Assembly: GCA_039028615.1 (NCBI GenBank)
Contig: JBCCHT010000023.1
Location: forward strand, 1 to 64,000
Direction of reading: 5' to 3'
DNA from: Myxococcota bacterium
Lineage (GTDB): Bacteria > Myxococcota_A > Polyangia > Nannocystales > Nannocystaceae
DNA length: 64,000 bases
A model generated the notes under the pieces. That model saw only the letters and a list, made by a program, of their open reading frames with translations. It was not told the origin of the DNA and made no database searches. Below, in pieces: positions 38,698 through 48,568 of this stretch. Within the stretch, counting starts at the first letter, position 1. The number at the start of each line of letters is the position of its first letter. The translations under genes and the position numbers were made by a program.

Positions 38698-41457
38698 ATG
38701 TTCCCACTGCGAAAGCCCGCTCGATCTTCGGACGACCGGTCTGCGATCTCGAGACCACGAACGCTGGCTCGAATGGCGTGGGTCCTCGTCGCGCTGCTCG
38801 GCTGCCCTGCGTCGGTGTGGGCGGCTCCGCCGACCGAGTCGAGCAGCGCGGTGCCGCCGGTCCTTCGGGATTTCGTCCAGGCCGAGCGACCCCCCGAGCG
38901 GCCGGACGAGGCCGTCGTGGTCACGCTGCGACTGACCATCGACACCACGGGAGCGGTGACCGAGGCCGAGGTGGTGGAGTCCAGAGGCGAGGCGTTCGAC
39001 GACGCGGCTCGCACGGCGGCGCTCGGCTTCGTGTTCGATCCGGCCCGGGTCGACGGACAGGCCCGGGCCGCTCGCATCGTTTTTCAGTACGCCTTCGATC
39101 CCGCGCCGGCTCCGGCTCCCACTCCGGCCGAGCCGGAGCTGCCTCCGCCCGGAAACGTCGCCGGGCAAGTGTTCGAGGCAGACACGCAGACGCCGTTGGC
39201 CGGAGTCCTGCTGCGGCTGTCGGGCGACGCAGGCACCTTCGAAGTACGCTCGGACGCCGACGGCTCGTTCGCCCTCGACGACGTCCCCCCCGGTCGATAC
39301 GAGCTGACCGCGACCTCCGACGGGAACGGCACGTTGTCCATCCCGCTCGTGATCGAGCCCGGCGAGTCCGCGACTCCCGTGCTGCGCATGGTCGCGGCGG
39401 CCCGCGCTGCACCGCCCATCGAGGTCACGGTGGTGGGCGAGTCGGAGGCCGAGCGCCTCCGGCAGTCGGCCCAGGCCGTGTCCGTGGTCGAGACCGAGGA
39501 GGCGCGCCGACGCAGCGCCGACCTGGGCGAAGTGCTGGCACGAACCTCCGGCGTGGGCGTCCGACGGGGCGGAGGGCTCGGCTCCGGCACCCGCTTCTCG
39601 CTCAACGGCCTGACGGGCGACCAGATCCGCTTCTTCGTCGACGGAGTCCCGCTTCACTTCGCGGGCTACCCCTTCGGCATCGCGAACGTCCCCGTCAACC
39701 TGGTCGATCGAGCCGAGATCTACCGCGGGGTGGTGCCCGTGCGGTTCGGCGCCGACGCGCTCGGTGGCGCCGTCAACTTGGTCACCGACGACGACGTCGA
39801 CGGCACCCACGGCGGGCTTTCGTACCAGATGGGCTCGTTCGGCACGCATCGCATGACCGCGTCGGTGCGCCACAAGCACGATCCCAGCGGCTACTTCGTC
39901 CGCGCGGTCACCTTCATCGACTCCGCGGACAACGACTATCGCGTGCAGGTCGAAGTCCCGAACGACGTCGGGCAGCTGTCGGAGGCCACGGTCCACCGCT
40001 TCCACGACGGGTACCGGGCCGTCGGCGGCAACGTGGAGACGGGAGTCGTCGATCGTTCGTGGGCCGACCGGCTGCTGGTACGGGCCTTCGTGACCGATGC
40101 CCGCAAGGACATCCAGCACAACGTCGTGATGACCGTCCCCTACGGCGAGGTCGAGTTCGGGCGCATGACGACCGGCGCGAGCGCACGGTACTCGAATCGC
40201 TTCGCGGGACGCTTCCGGCTGGGGGTCATCGGGGGCTACGCCTATACCGCCACCGAGTTCCAGGACCTCGCCGAGTGTGTCTACGACTGGTTCGGTCGGT
40301 GCATCTTCGATCGAGCGACCCCCGGCGAGCTGGTGCCCGGCGGAGCCGACCAGATCCTGCACGAGCACGCGGGCTACGGGCGGGTGAGCTTCGAATGGCG
40401 GATTCACCCGCAGCACGCCCTGCGAGCCTCGCTTTCGCCCACGTACACCACGCGAGAAGGGGAAGATCGGCTCCTCGACAACCCGGACGCCGTCGACCCC
40501 CTGACCGCGCAGCGGGACCTGATGACCTGGGTCAACGGCGTGGAGTACGAGCTCAACCTGTTCTCCGATCGCGTCGAGAACATCGCCTTCGCCAAGCACT
40601 ACACCCAGCTGGCTCGGTCGGAGGAGCCGCTGCCCGGCGGCAGGCTCCAGGCACGCGATCGCGACACGCATCGCGGCGGCGTGGGCAATGCCCTGCGCGT
40701 GCGGATCGTCGACTCGCTCTACGCCAAGGCCTCCTACGAGTGGGCCACCCGGCTGCCGCGTCCGAACGAGATCTTCGGCGACGGCGTTCGCATCGTCGAC
40801 AACCTCGAGCTGCGGCCGGAGGTGAGCCACAACGTCAACGGCGGGCTCACCTTCGGGCTCGAGACCGACAAGGCCGGCGACTGGCGAGCCGACGTCAACG
40901 GGTTCCTGCGCGAGGTCGACGACCTGATCGTGCTGCTGGGTACCGCCGAGGTCTTCAGCTATCACAACGTGTTCGAGGCCCGCTCGACTGGCGTCGAGGC
41001 CTCGGCCGGTTGGACCTCGCCCGGCGACTACGGGAGCATCGACGGCAACGTCACCTACGTCGACTTCCGCAACACCTCCACCGAGGGGCCCTTCGGCGAC
41101 TTCGACGGAGACCGGATCCCCAACCGTCCGTATCTCACGGTCAACGGCTCGGCCAAGCTCGCGTACCAGGGCATCGCGGCCGCGGACGCACGGGACCAAC
41201 TCTCGCTGTCGTGGAACACGCGATACGTGCGGGAGTTCTTTCGCGGCTGGGAGAGCGTGGGCCTGGTGCAGTTCAAACAGACCGTGCCGTCGCAGCTGCT
41301 GCACACCGTCGGGCTCACCTACCTGACCCGAGGCACGACCGTGGATCTGTCGTTCACCGGCGAGATTCAGAACGTGACGGACCAGCAGGCCTTCGACTTT
41401 TTCGGCGTGCAGCGACCCGGCCGCGCCTTCTACTTCAAGACCACCCTCGACTTCTGA
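38698..41457 (+). CDS. TonB-dependent receptor, MxcH-like (N-terminal TonB-C and carboxypeptidase-regulatory-like domains)
   Basis: Plug motifs EIYRGVVPVRFGADALGGAVNL; NLELRPE; C-terminal QRPGRAFYFKTTLDF. Start 38698 or 38773. Confidence 0.92.
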   Translation: MFPLRKPARSSDDRSAISRPRTLARMAWVLVALLGCPASVWAAPPTESSSAVPPVLRDFVQAERPPERPDEAVVVTLRLTIDTTGAVTEAEVVESRGEAFDDAARTAALGFVFDPARVDGQARAARIVFQYAFDPAPAPAPTPAEPELPPPGNVAGQVFEADTQTPLAGVLLRLSGDAGTFEVRSDADGSFALDDVPPGRYELTATSDGNGTLSIPLVIEPGESATPVLRMVAAARAAPPIEVTVVGESEAERLRQSAQAVSVVETEEARRRSADLGEVLARTSGVGVRRGGGLGSGTRFSLNGLTGDQIRFFVDGVPLHFAGYPFGIANVPVNLVDRAEIYRGVVPVRFGADALGGAVNLVTDDDVDGTHGGLSYQMGSFGTHRMTASVRHKHDPSGYFVRAVTFIDSADNDYRVQVEVPNDVGQLSEATVHRFHDGYRAVGGNVETGVVDRSWADRLLVRAFVTDARKDIQHNVVMTVPYGEVEFGRMTTGASARYSNRFAGRFRLGVIGGYAYTATEFQDLAECVYDWFGRCIFDRATPGELVPGGADQILHEHAGYGRVSFEWRIHPQHALRASLSPTYTTREGEDRLLDNPDAVDPLTAQRDLMTWVNGVEYELNLFSDRVENIAFAKHYTQLARSEEPLPGGRLQARDRDTHRGGVGNALRVRIVDSLYAKASYEWATRLPRPNEIFGDGVRIVDNLELRPEVSHNVNGGLTFGLETDKAGDWRADVNGFLREVDDLIVLLGTAEVFSYHNVFEARSTGVEASAGWTSPGDYGSIDGNVTYVDFRNTSTEGPFGDFDGDRIPNRPYLTVNGSAKLAYQGIAAADARDQLSLSWNTRYVREFFRGWESVGLVQFKQTVPSQLLHTVGLTYLTRGTTVDLSFTGEIQNVTDQQAFDFFGVQRPGRAFYFKTTLDF

Positions 41458-41474
41458 TCGTCGACGCACACGCC

Positions 41475-42140
41475 ATGGACACCGTCGAGACCATCAAGAA
41501 CCTATTCATCAACTCGGGCGCCGGCTGGGTGCTCTGGCTCCTCTTCGGCCTCTCCGTGGGCAGTGTGATCGTCGCGGTGGAGCGGTTTTTCGTGTTTCGC
41601 AGCAAGAGCCAGGACCTCGATGGGGTGGTGGGCGTCGTCGATGCTCACCTCAAAGCGGGCGATCGCGAGGGCGGCATGAAAGCCCTGGCCGGCATCCGCT
41701 CGGTCGGGGCCCGGGTCGCGTCGGCCGGCATGCGACTGGCAGGGAGAGGCCCTCGTGCCGCCGAAAAGGCGATGGACAGCGCGATGGCGCTGGAGCGCAA
41801 GGGCCTCGAGGCACGACTGGCCTACCTCGGCACGCTGGGCAACAACGCTCCCTTCATCGGCCTGCTCGGCACGGTCATCGGAGTGATCCTGGCGTTCGAG
41901 GAGCTGGGGCAGGCGAACCAGGCGGCCGGCACCGGGGCGAGCCAGGCCGCCTCCAACGCAGTCATGAGCGCGATCGCGGAGGCCCTGGTCGCCACCGCGG
42001 TTGGCATCGCCGTCGCCCTGCCCGCGGTGGCGCTGTACAACTACTTCCAGCGGCGCATCGCCAACATCATGCACGACGCCGAGGCGCTGTCGAGCCTCGT
42101 CGTCGCCTACCTCGTGGACACCGACGAGGACCAGGACTGA
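41475..42140 (+). CDS. exbB: MotA/TolQ/ExbB proton channel
   Basis: APFIGLLGTVIG and IAEALVATAVG..VALPA. Confidence 0.9.
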   Translation: MDTVETIKNLFINSGAGWVLWLLFGLSVGSVIVAVERFFVFRSKSQDLDGVVGVVDAHLKAGDREGGMKALAGIRSVGARVASAGMRLAGRGPRAAEKAMDSAMALERKGLEARLAYLGTLGNNAPFIGLLGTVIGVILAFEELGQANQAAGTGASQAASNAVMSAIAEALVATAVGIAVALPAVALYNYFQRRIANIMHDAEALSSLVVAYLVDTDEDQD

Positions 42141-42141
42141 G

Positions 42142-42579
42142 ATGGCCGGCTCCAAGCAGCCGTCCAGCGGCATCATCGAGGGCGTCAACGTCACCCCGCT
42201 GGTCGACATCACGCTGGTCCTGCTGATCATCTTCATCGTGACGGCCAAGATCGTCGTGGCGCCCGCCGTGCCTCTCGATCTTCCCACGGCATCGCAGAGC
42301 GAAGCCGTTCAGACCGTGCTGTCGGTCGCGGTCGAGGCCGACGGCCAGATCTCGGTCAACGGCGAAGCGTGTGCGCTGAGCGAGCTCGGAGCCAAGGCCC
42401 AGGCGGTGAAGTCGGAGAGTGCCGACCTGCGAGCGGTCATCGCTGCCGACGCGGCCGTGCCCCACGGGCGGGTCATCGCCGTGCTCGACACGCTGCGGGC
42501 GACCGGCATCGATCGCGTGGCGTTCGCGGCCAACCGCCCGACCGACGACGCGAACACCGAGGAGGCGGACGCTCCGTGA
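42142..42579 (+). CDS. exbD: ExbD/TolR biopolymer transporter
   Basis: NVTPLVDITLVLLIIF; IAAD..VPHG. Confidence 0.92.
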   Translation: MAGSKQPSSGIIEGVNVTPLVDITLVLLIIFIVTAKIVVAPAVPLDLPTASQSEAVQTVLSVAVEADGQISVNGEACALSELGAKAQAVKSESADLRAVIAADAAVPHGRVIAVLDTLRATGIDRVAFAANRPTDDANTEEADAP

Positions 42580-43487
42580 GCGAGTCACCGCGCACGAGCT
42601 CGGCTGCCGTGGAAGACACGGCCGCCTCGGGGACGCCTGCGTCTCCCGGCTCGTTCGCGGCTGAAGTGCTCGGCACCGCCAAGGCTCAGCGACCCGCGCA
42701 GGGGCTGGGCATCGGCATCTTGGTCTCCGTGCTCCTGCACGGCTCGGCGGCCTACGGGGTGTCGCAGACCGCGAGCGACGAGGATGGAGCCGAGTCCGAG
42801 CCGTCGCGGCCCATGGTAGTGGAGCACGAGATCGACCTGACGCCGCTCCCCGAGCCAGAGCCCGAGCCCGAGCCGGAACCCGAGCCCGAACCCGAGCCCG
42901 TCCCCGAAGTGCCCGAGCCCGAGCCCGTCCCCGAGCCACCACCCGCCCGCAAGCGCTCGGAGCCGGCACCGACCAAGCCCGCCCCTCCCACGCCGCCGCC
43001 GCCCGCCGCCGCCGGTCAGGCGCTGTCGTCCGACAGCGACGAGCCCCTCGATTTCGACATCCCGATGGGCAACGCGGGCGTGTACGCGGGCGGCTCGACG
43101 TCGACCCAGGGCACGGGCACCAAGCCGGGAGGTACGGGCAGCACGCCCGCCACCCAACCCGCCCCGGTTGCCGCGGCTCGGCCCGCGCCGCCCAAGCCCA
43201 ACAGCAGCCGCGCCCGCCCGGTCTCCCTGCCCGCCAAGAACTGGAAGTGCGCGTGGCCATGGTCTGCGGACTCACTGGGCATCGACGAGCAGACCGTCGT
43301 GATCCGCGTGGTGGTGACGGCGAACGGCACGCTCCAGCGAGCCAGTCTATTGGCCGACCCGGGCCACGGCTTCGGCGACGCCGCGCTGAAGTGTGCCCGC
43401 ACCGCGAAGTTCGTGCCCGCCCGCGACGACGACGGCAATCCCTACACCGCAACTTCCCCTCCCATCCGCGTCCGCTTCACCCGTTGA
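42576..43487 (+). CDS. tonB: TonB energy transducer
   Basis: TM motif SVLLH; (EP)n tract; C-terminal GFGDAALKC..FVPA. Confidence 0.85.
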   Translation: MSESPRTSSAAVEDTAASGTPASPGSFAAEVLGTAKAQRPAQGLGIGILVSVLLHGSAAYGVSQTASDEDGAESEPSRPMVVEHEIDLTPLPEPEPEPEPEPEPEPEPVPEVPEPEPVPEPPPARKRSEPAPTKPAPPTPPPPAAAGQALSSDSDEPLDFDIPMGNAGVYAGGSTSTQGTGTKPGGTGSTPATQPAPVAAARPAPPKPNSSRARPVSLPAKNWKCAWPWSADSLGIDEQTVVIRVVVTANGTLQRASLLADPGHGFGDAALKCARTAKFVPARDDDGNPYTATSPPIRVRFTR

Positions 43488-43520
43488 CGAACGCCGACCG
43501 ACTCCAAAGACGACGCCATC

Positions 43521-44849
43521 ATGTCGAACCTCGATTCCCTACTCCGCTCCTTCCCGCCTGCGGGACCCCTTGCGCGGGTCGTGCTCGCGGCCTCCGTCTC
43601 CGTGCTTGCGAGCTGCAACGGCTCCACATCGTCGTCCGAAAACGGCGGCGGCGAGACCGGCTCCGTCACCTCGGAGACGGGAGCCGACGTCACCGGTAGC
43701 GAGACGGGAGCGGACACCGAGGTCGTGGCCAGCGATCACATCCTCGCCTCCGTCGTCATCACCGACGTCGGGCGGACCACGTACCTGCAGGTCACCAACG
43801 AGCTTTCGGGGCACCTCGGGAACGAGACGGGCATCGAGATCGCGGGCCAGGCCGAGTTCTTCGTCGAAGGACGCAACCTCTACGTCGGGCTCAGCGAAGA
43901 ACCCACGTGGGTCAAGTATGAGATCGGCGAGGACCTCCAGATCACCGAGGTGTCTCGCATGAGCCTGGCCACCTTCGGCCTGCCCAACATCGACTTCGGC
44001 AACGCGATCGTCGACGCCGACACGGCCGTGTCGATCTCGTCGCAGGCCCTGCTGGCCATCGTCTGGAACCCGCAGACGATGGAGATCACGGGCACGGTCG
44101 ACCTCGGGCACATGGCCGATCCCGACCTCGACCTCGAGAACTGGACCACCACCGCCCACGACGGGCTGGTGTACATCCCCGCCCGATGGGGCAGCGTGCT
44201 CGCGGCCTCCGTCGCGCCGCGGGTGCACCTCACCGTCGTCGACCCCGACGCCCTCGAGGTCGTGGCCATCGCCGAGGACGAGCGCTGCTCGAGCGGCGGC
44301 CGCATCGTGTTCGACGAGGCGGGCTACGGCTACGTCATGGGCGACGGCCGCAACTACGGGGCCCAGCTCGCCGCCCAGCTCGCCGGAGACCCGGTCCCCG
44401 AAAACTGCCTGCTTCGAATTCCGCCGGGCGGCACCGACTTCGAAGAGGGCTACTTCCACACCATCAAGAGCCTGACCGGCGGCGTCGAGTCCATTACCGA
44501 GCTCGAGACCAACGCCAATGGCGGCGGCTACGGCTTCGCGAAGATGTTCCACCCCGACCAGCTCCCCGATGGTGTGGACGCGGTGGACTTCTCGCTGTGG
44601 GGCTACAACGCCCATCGGCTGTGGCGAATCCAGCTCGGGGACGAGCCCAGCGCCGAGCCAGTCGAAGGAGCGCCGTACTCGATCGTCGGGTTCGCGGGCA
44701 GCGAGGTGGACGGCCAGCTCTACGTCGGCGAGAGCGAAGACGCCGGCGCCTCCTCGACCGTCTATGCCGTGGATGCCGAAGCCAACCTGGCGACGCCCGT
44801 GTTCACGATGGACGGCTACTTCCACGGGCTGTTCCGGCTCGAATCCTGA
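43521..44849 (+). CDS. MxcI-like lipoprotein
   Basis: Lipobox LASC; WNPQTMEITGTV, EDERC, CLLRIPPG. Confidence 0.75.
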   Translation: MSNLDSLLRSFPPAGPLARVVLAASVSVLASCNGSTSSSENGGGETGSVTSETGADVTGSETGADTEVVASDHILASVVITDVGRTTYLQVTNELSGHLGNETGIEIAGQAEFFVEGRNLYVGLSEEPTWVKYEIGEDLQITEVSRMSLATFGLPNIDFGNAIVDADTAVSISSQALLAIVWNPQTMEITGTVDLGHMADPDLDLENWTTTAHDGLVYIPARWGSVLAASVAPRVHLTVVDPDALEVVAIAEDERCSSGGRIVFDEAGYGYVMGDGRNYGAQLAAQLAGDPVPENCLLRIPPGGTDFEEGYFHTIKSLTGGVESITELETNANGGGYGFAKMFHPDQLPDGVDAVDFSLWGYNAHRLWRIQLGDEPSAEPVEGAPYSIVGFAGSEVDGQLYVGESEDAGASSTVYAVDAEANLATPVFTMDGYFHGLFRLES

Positions 44850-44855
44850 GGGCTC

Positions 44856-46145
44856 ATGCACACTGAGACTCGCTCTTCCATCGTTCTCCCGGCCCACGCG
44901 TCGCTGGGCCTCGTCCTCGCGCTCGGCGGCTGCCCGTCGTCACCGAGCGGCGACGATGGCCCCAGCGCCGCCGAGACCGGAGGCGACACGGGCGGGGAGA
45001 CCACCGCTGGCGTCGACGAGAGCTCGGGCGGCGAAGACCCGGTCCAGGCCGCGTACTTCGTGTTCAACCGGATTCAGACGCCCGAGGGCCGCACCATGTT
45101 CGCGTCGATCCTGCCGCAGCTCGACCACGGCCTCGTCGACGTCGGCGAGGCACTCGAGCTGTCCGGCCTCAGCCGCGGGCGGATCTTCAACGACAAGCTC
45201 TACGCCTTCGACGGAGAGTCGGGCGTGATCACCCGCTTTGCCATCGCCGAGGACGGAACCCTCAGCCCCGATGCCCTGGACGATGGGTCGCCGGCCCAGG
45301 TGAGCTTCGCCAGCCTCGGGATCTCCGCCTTCCTCAGCACGGTGTCCTTCATCGACGAGAACCGGGCGCTGTACTTCGACCTGTGGGGCGACGTCGTGGT
45401 CGACTGGAATCCCACCACGATGACCATCGTCGACAACTTTCCCGCCGGTCTCCAGCGCGAAGGCTTCGACATCTCGGGCGGAGAGATGACGCGGATCGAC
45501 GACCAGCTCGTGATTCCGCTGTCGTGGCAGAACGCCGGCACGGCAGAAGCGATCGAGGTCAATGCCATCGGCGTGGTCGACCTGCAAGACCCCACGTCCA
45601 TTCGCGTCATCGAAGATGCCCGCTGCATGGGCACCGCCAGCACCTTCGTGTTCGAAGATCAGCTCTACGTCATGGCCGACAACTTCGGCGGGCTCGCGGT
45701 CACCCTGACCGACGACGAGCTGCCCCCGCCGTGCCTGCTCCGATGGACGCCCGGTGCCGATGCCTTCGATGCCGATTACCACCTCGACCTCTCCGCCCAC
45801 ACGGGCTACCAGCTCGTCGCGGGTGCGTTGTCGACGGGCGACGGCACCTTCATGACCCAGGTCTACACCTCGGACGAGGACCCGAGCACGCTCGGGCTCT
45901 TCGAGCTGCTCGATGGTGATCACTGGTCGCGCGCGTTCGTCTCGCTCGATGGCGAGACCACCATCGTCGAACAGATCCCGCCGGGCGCCGCGAGCTCGCA
46001 GGGGTGGATCGTCGACGGTCGGTACCTGTTCCCTCGAGCCGACGACACCGCCGGAGAGTCCACGCTGTTTTCGTTCGAGGACGGCACCGTGAGCGAGTTG
46101 CTCACCGTGCCCGGCGACCTGTTCATCGTCGATCGGGTGCGCTGA
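44856..46145 (+). CDS. MxcI-like lipoprotein
   Basis: Lipobox LGGC; QTPEGRT, ALEL, WNPTTMTI, EDARC, CLLR. Confidence 0.75.
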   Translation: MHTETRSSIVLPAHASLGLVLALGGCPSSPSGDDGPSAAETGGDTGGETTAGVDESSGGEDPVQAAYFVFNRIQTPEGRTMFASILPQLDHGLVDVGEALELSGLSRGRIFNDKLYAFDGESGVITRFAIAEDGTLSPDALDDGSPAQVSFASLGISAFLSTVSFIDENRALYFDLWGDVVVDWNPTTMTIVDNFPAGLQREGFDISGGEMTRIDDQLVIPLSWQNAGTAEAIEVNAIGVVDLQDPTSIRVIEDARCMGTASTFVFEDQLYVMADNFGGLAVTLTDDELPPPCLLRWTPGADAFDADYHLDLSAHTGYQLVAGALSTGDGTFMTQVYTSDEDPSTLGLFELLDGDHWSRAFVSLDGETTIVEQIPPGAASSQGWIVDGRYLFPRADDTAGESTLFSFEDGTVSELLTVPGDLFIVDRVR

Positions 46146-46432
46146 GCGTCCTGGGCCCTCGGCCGCCCGGGCGCGGATCGACGGACCGAGGGATTCACCT
46201 ACAAATGCGCGAGATGCGTATGCTGGGCGGCGCGGCACCAACCGTGCCGACCAGCGTGTATCCGCCCCAGTTCGGATCTCCGCGCAGAAAACGCACATAG
46301 ATCTAACTCATTGAACTCAGGGAGTTTATCCGCCATTGCGGGCAATGGGAGCACACGCACCTACAGTTAGGGAGAAAACCTCTTGTTCACGTCATATGCG
46401 CGAGCTAGACGGCCTCGCACATCGGCACCGCC

Positions 46433-47722
46433 ATGGACGCATTCACTCCGACTCACGCCGGCATGGTCCTGCTCTTCGTCCTCGGATACGGGGCGATCAT
46501 CTTCGAGCACAATCTGCGGATCAACAAAGGCGCCGTCGCCCTGCTGCTCGCCGCGGGCTTGTGGCTGCTCTACTTCTCCGGCCTCGCGCCGTCCGAGCAC
46601 GTCGCCACGCATCAGCTCTCCGAGCTGCTCAGCGAGGTCGCGCAGATCGTCTTCTTCCTGCTCGGTGCCATGACCCTGGTCGAGGTCATCGACCTGCACG
46701 GCTCGTTCAAGCTCGTCACCGATCAGATCCGCACCCGCTCCAAGTGGAAGATCATGTGGGTGCTCGCGACGCTGGCGTTCTTCATGTCCGCCGTGCTCGA
46801 CAACCTCACGACCACCATCGTGATGGTCTCGCTGCTCCGTCGCATCCTGCCCAACCGCGAGAACCGACTGCTGCTCGGCTCGCTCGTGGTCATCGCCGCC
46901 AACGCGGGCGGGGCATGGACCCCGATGGGCGACGTCACCACCACCATGCTGTGGATCGGCGGACAGGTCACCACCCTCGGCGTCATGGGTGCGCTCATCC
47001 TCCCGAGCCTCGTCACCATGATCGTCGCCGTGCTGCTGCTGGGTCGCAGCGAGAAGGCCGGTCACTACGGCGGGGAGGCGGCCGACGGCGATCAGCACGT
47101 CGAGCTCGGTGCCCGCCGCGTCCTCAGCCTCGGCCTCGGCGCCTTCATCATGGTGCCCGTCCTCAAGTCGGTCGCCCACATCCCGCCCTTCGTCGGCATC
47201 CTGCTCGGCCTCGGCGTCATGTGGCTCGTCACCGACGTCCTCCACCACGAGCACGAGAGCCGCCAGCACGTGAAGGTCCCCGCCGCCTTCACCAAGATCG
47301 ACGTCTCCGGCGTCCTCTTCTTCCTCGGCATCCTGCTGGGCATCGGCGCCCTCCAAGCCGCCGGCCTCCTCAACGCCCTCGCCCACGGCCTCGACAGCGT
47401 CGCCGGCAGCCCCACCGTTCTCGCGGGGGTCCTCGGCGTCCTCTCGGCCGTCATCGACAACGTGCCCCTGGTCGCCGCCACCATGGGCATGTACTCCCTC
47501 GAGCAGTACCCCACCGACAGCCAGTTCTGGGACCTCATCGCGTACTGTGCCGGCACCGGTGGATCGATCCTCATCATCGGCAGCGCCGCCGGGGTCGCCT
47601 TCATGGGCATGGAGAAGGTCGACTTCATGTGGTACCTGAAGCGGATCTCGCTGGTCGCGTTGGCCAGCTACGCGGCGGGTATGGCTACGTACCTCGGGCT
47701 GGCTGCTGTCGGCGTGGTGTAG
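46433..47722 (+). CDS. nhaD: Na+/H+ antiporter, NhaD family
   Basis: FFLLGAMTLVE, LDNLTT, ANAGGAWTPMGDVTT, DNVPLVAA, GSILIIGSAAGV. Confidence 0.93.
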   Translation: MDAFTPTHAGMVLLFVLGYGAIIFEHNLRINKGAVALLLAAGLWLLYFSGLAPSEHVATHQLSELLSEVAQIVFFLLGAMTLVEVIDLHGSFKLVTDQIRTRSKWKIMWVLATLAFFMSAVLDNLTTTIVMVSLLRRILPNRENRLLLGSLVVIAANAGGAWTPMGDVTTTMLWIGGQVTTLGVMGALILPSLVTMIVAVLLLGRSEKAGHYGGEAADGDQHVELGARRVLSLGLGAFIMVPVLKSVAHIPPFVGILLGLGVMWLVTDVLHHEHESRQHVKVPAAFTKIDVSGVLFFLGILLGIGALQAAGLLNALAHGLDSVAGSPTVLAGVLGVLSAVIDNVPLVAATMGMYSLEQYPTDSQFWDLIAYCAGTGGSILIIGSAAGVAFMGMEKVDFMWYLKRISLVALASYAAGMATYLGLAAVGVV

Positions 47723-47819
47723 CGGCTGCGGAGCGCGCGGGTAGCCGCTTCCCGGGCCCACGGGCGCTCGTCAGTGTCGCGGGTCGTCGACTCGAGACAT
47801 GGGATTCGCCGCGGGCAAC

Positions 47820-48437
47820 TCAGCCCATGCCCGCGCGAATCTCCTCGACCCAGTCCTCCAGGTTGCCGACGGCGCTCTTTGCCTCGTCGCTCGACTTGGC
47901 CACCGTCTCGACCGCCTTCTTCAGTAGCTCTTTCCCGCGTCGGATCCGGCTGCGGGCGGTGTCCTCCGGGACACCGAGCACCTCGCCGATCTCCGCGCCG
48001 GTCAGCCGCTCCCAGAAGTACAGCTCGAGTACGATCTGAAATCGCAGCGGGATACGGCGCAGCGCGAGCAGGAGGGCTCGTTGTTCGCGGACGGCATCGA
48101 CCATCGTGGTCGGACCGGCGCCGAGGTCGACCACCGAGCACTCGTCGATGTCCTCGGCGTTGTTCTTGGGTCGACGCCGCGCTCGATAGTGCTCACGCAG
48201 CACGTTGTGCGCGACGGCGAACAGGAAGGTTCGGAAGGTCGACCGCCCCTCGAAGCGCTCCTTGGCCTTGACGCACCCGAGGAAGGTCCGCTGGACCAGA
48301 TCGGCGGCCTCGTCGTCGTTGTCGATCTTGTTGATGAAGAACCGCCGGATCGGCTCGAAATGGCGTTGAAAGAGTCGGTTGCCTGCCCGCTGATCGCCGC
48401 CTTGCCATGCGGTCAGCAGGGCTTCGTCATCCTTCAT
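47820..48437 (-). CDS. ECF RNA polymerase sigma factor (paralog of 2148-2768)
   Basis: DEALLTAW..DLVQRTFL..FEGRSTFRTFLF..SVVDLGAGP..LELYFWE.LT. Confidence 0.92.
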   Translation of the reverse strand: MKDDEALLTAWQGGDQRAGNRLFQRHFEPIRRFFINKIDNDDEAADLVQRTFLGCVKAKERFEGRSTFRTFLFAVAHNVLREHYRARRRPKNNAEDIDECSVVDLGAGPTTMVDAVREQRALLLALRRIPLRFQIVLELYFWERLTGAEIGEVLGVPEDTARSRIRRGKELLKKAVETVAKSSDEAKSAVGNLEDWVEEIRAGMG

Positions 48438-48568
48438 CGGCGCCGAGGATGCCACGTGGCCCGCTGTGGCCGCCACCCGGGAGACATTTGGACCTTTCGT
48501 GCCACCCCGGTCCAAAAAAGAAACAACGGACTGCGAAACTTCGTGCACTACCATGGCCACGCCGTTCG

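Noticed and set aside
42848..42935. GAGCCC tandem repeat
   Set aside because: It is the ordinary (Glu-Pro)n spacer of TonB.
37092..46145. Myxochelin biosynthetic gene cluster
   Set aside because: No DHBA synthesis or NRPS genes in the window; only uptake-type genes.
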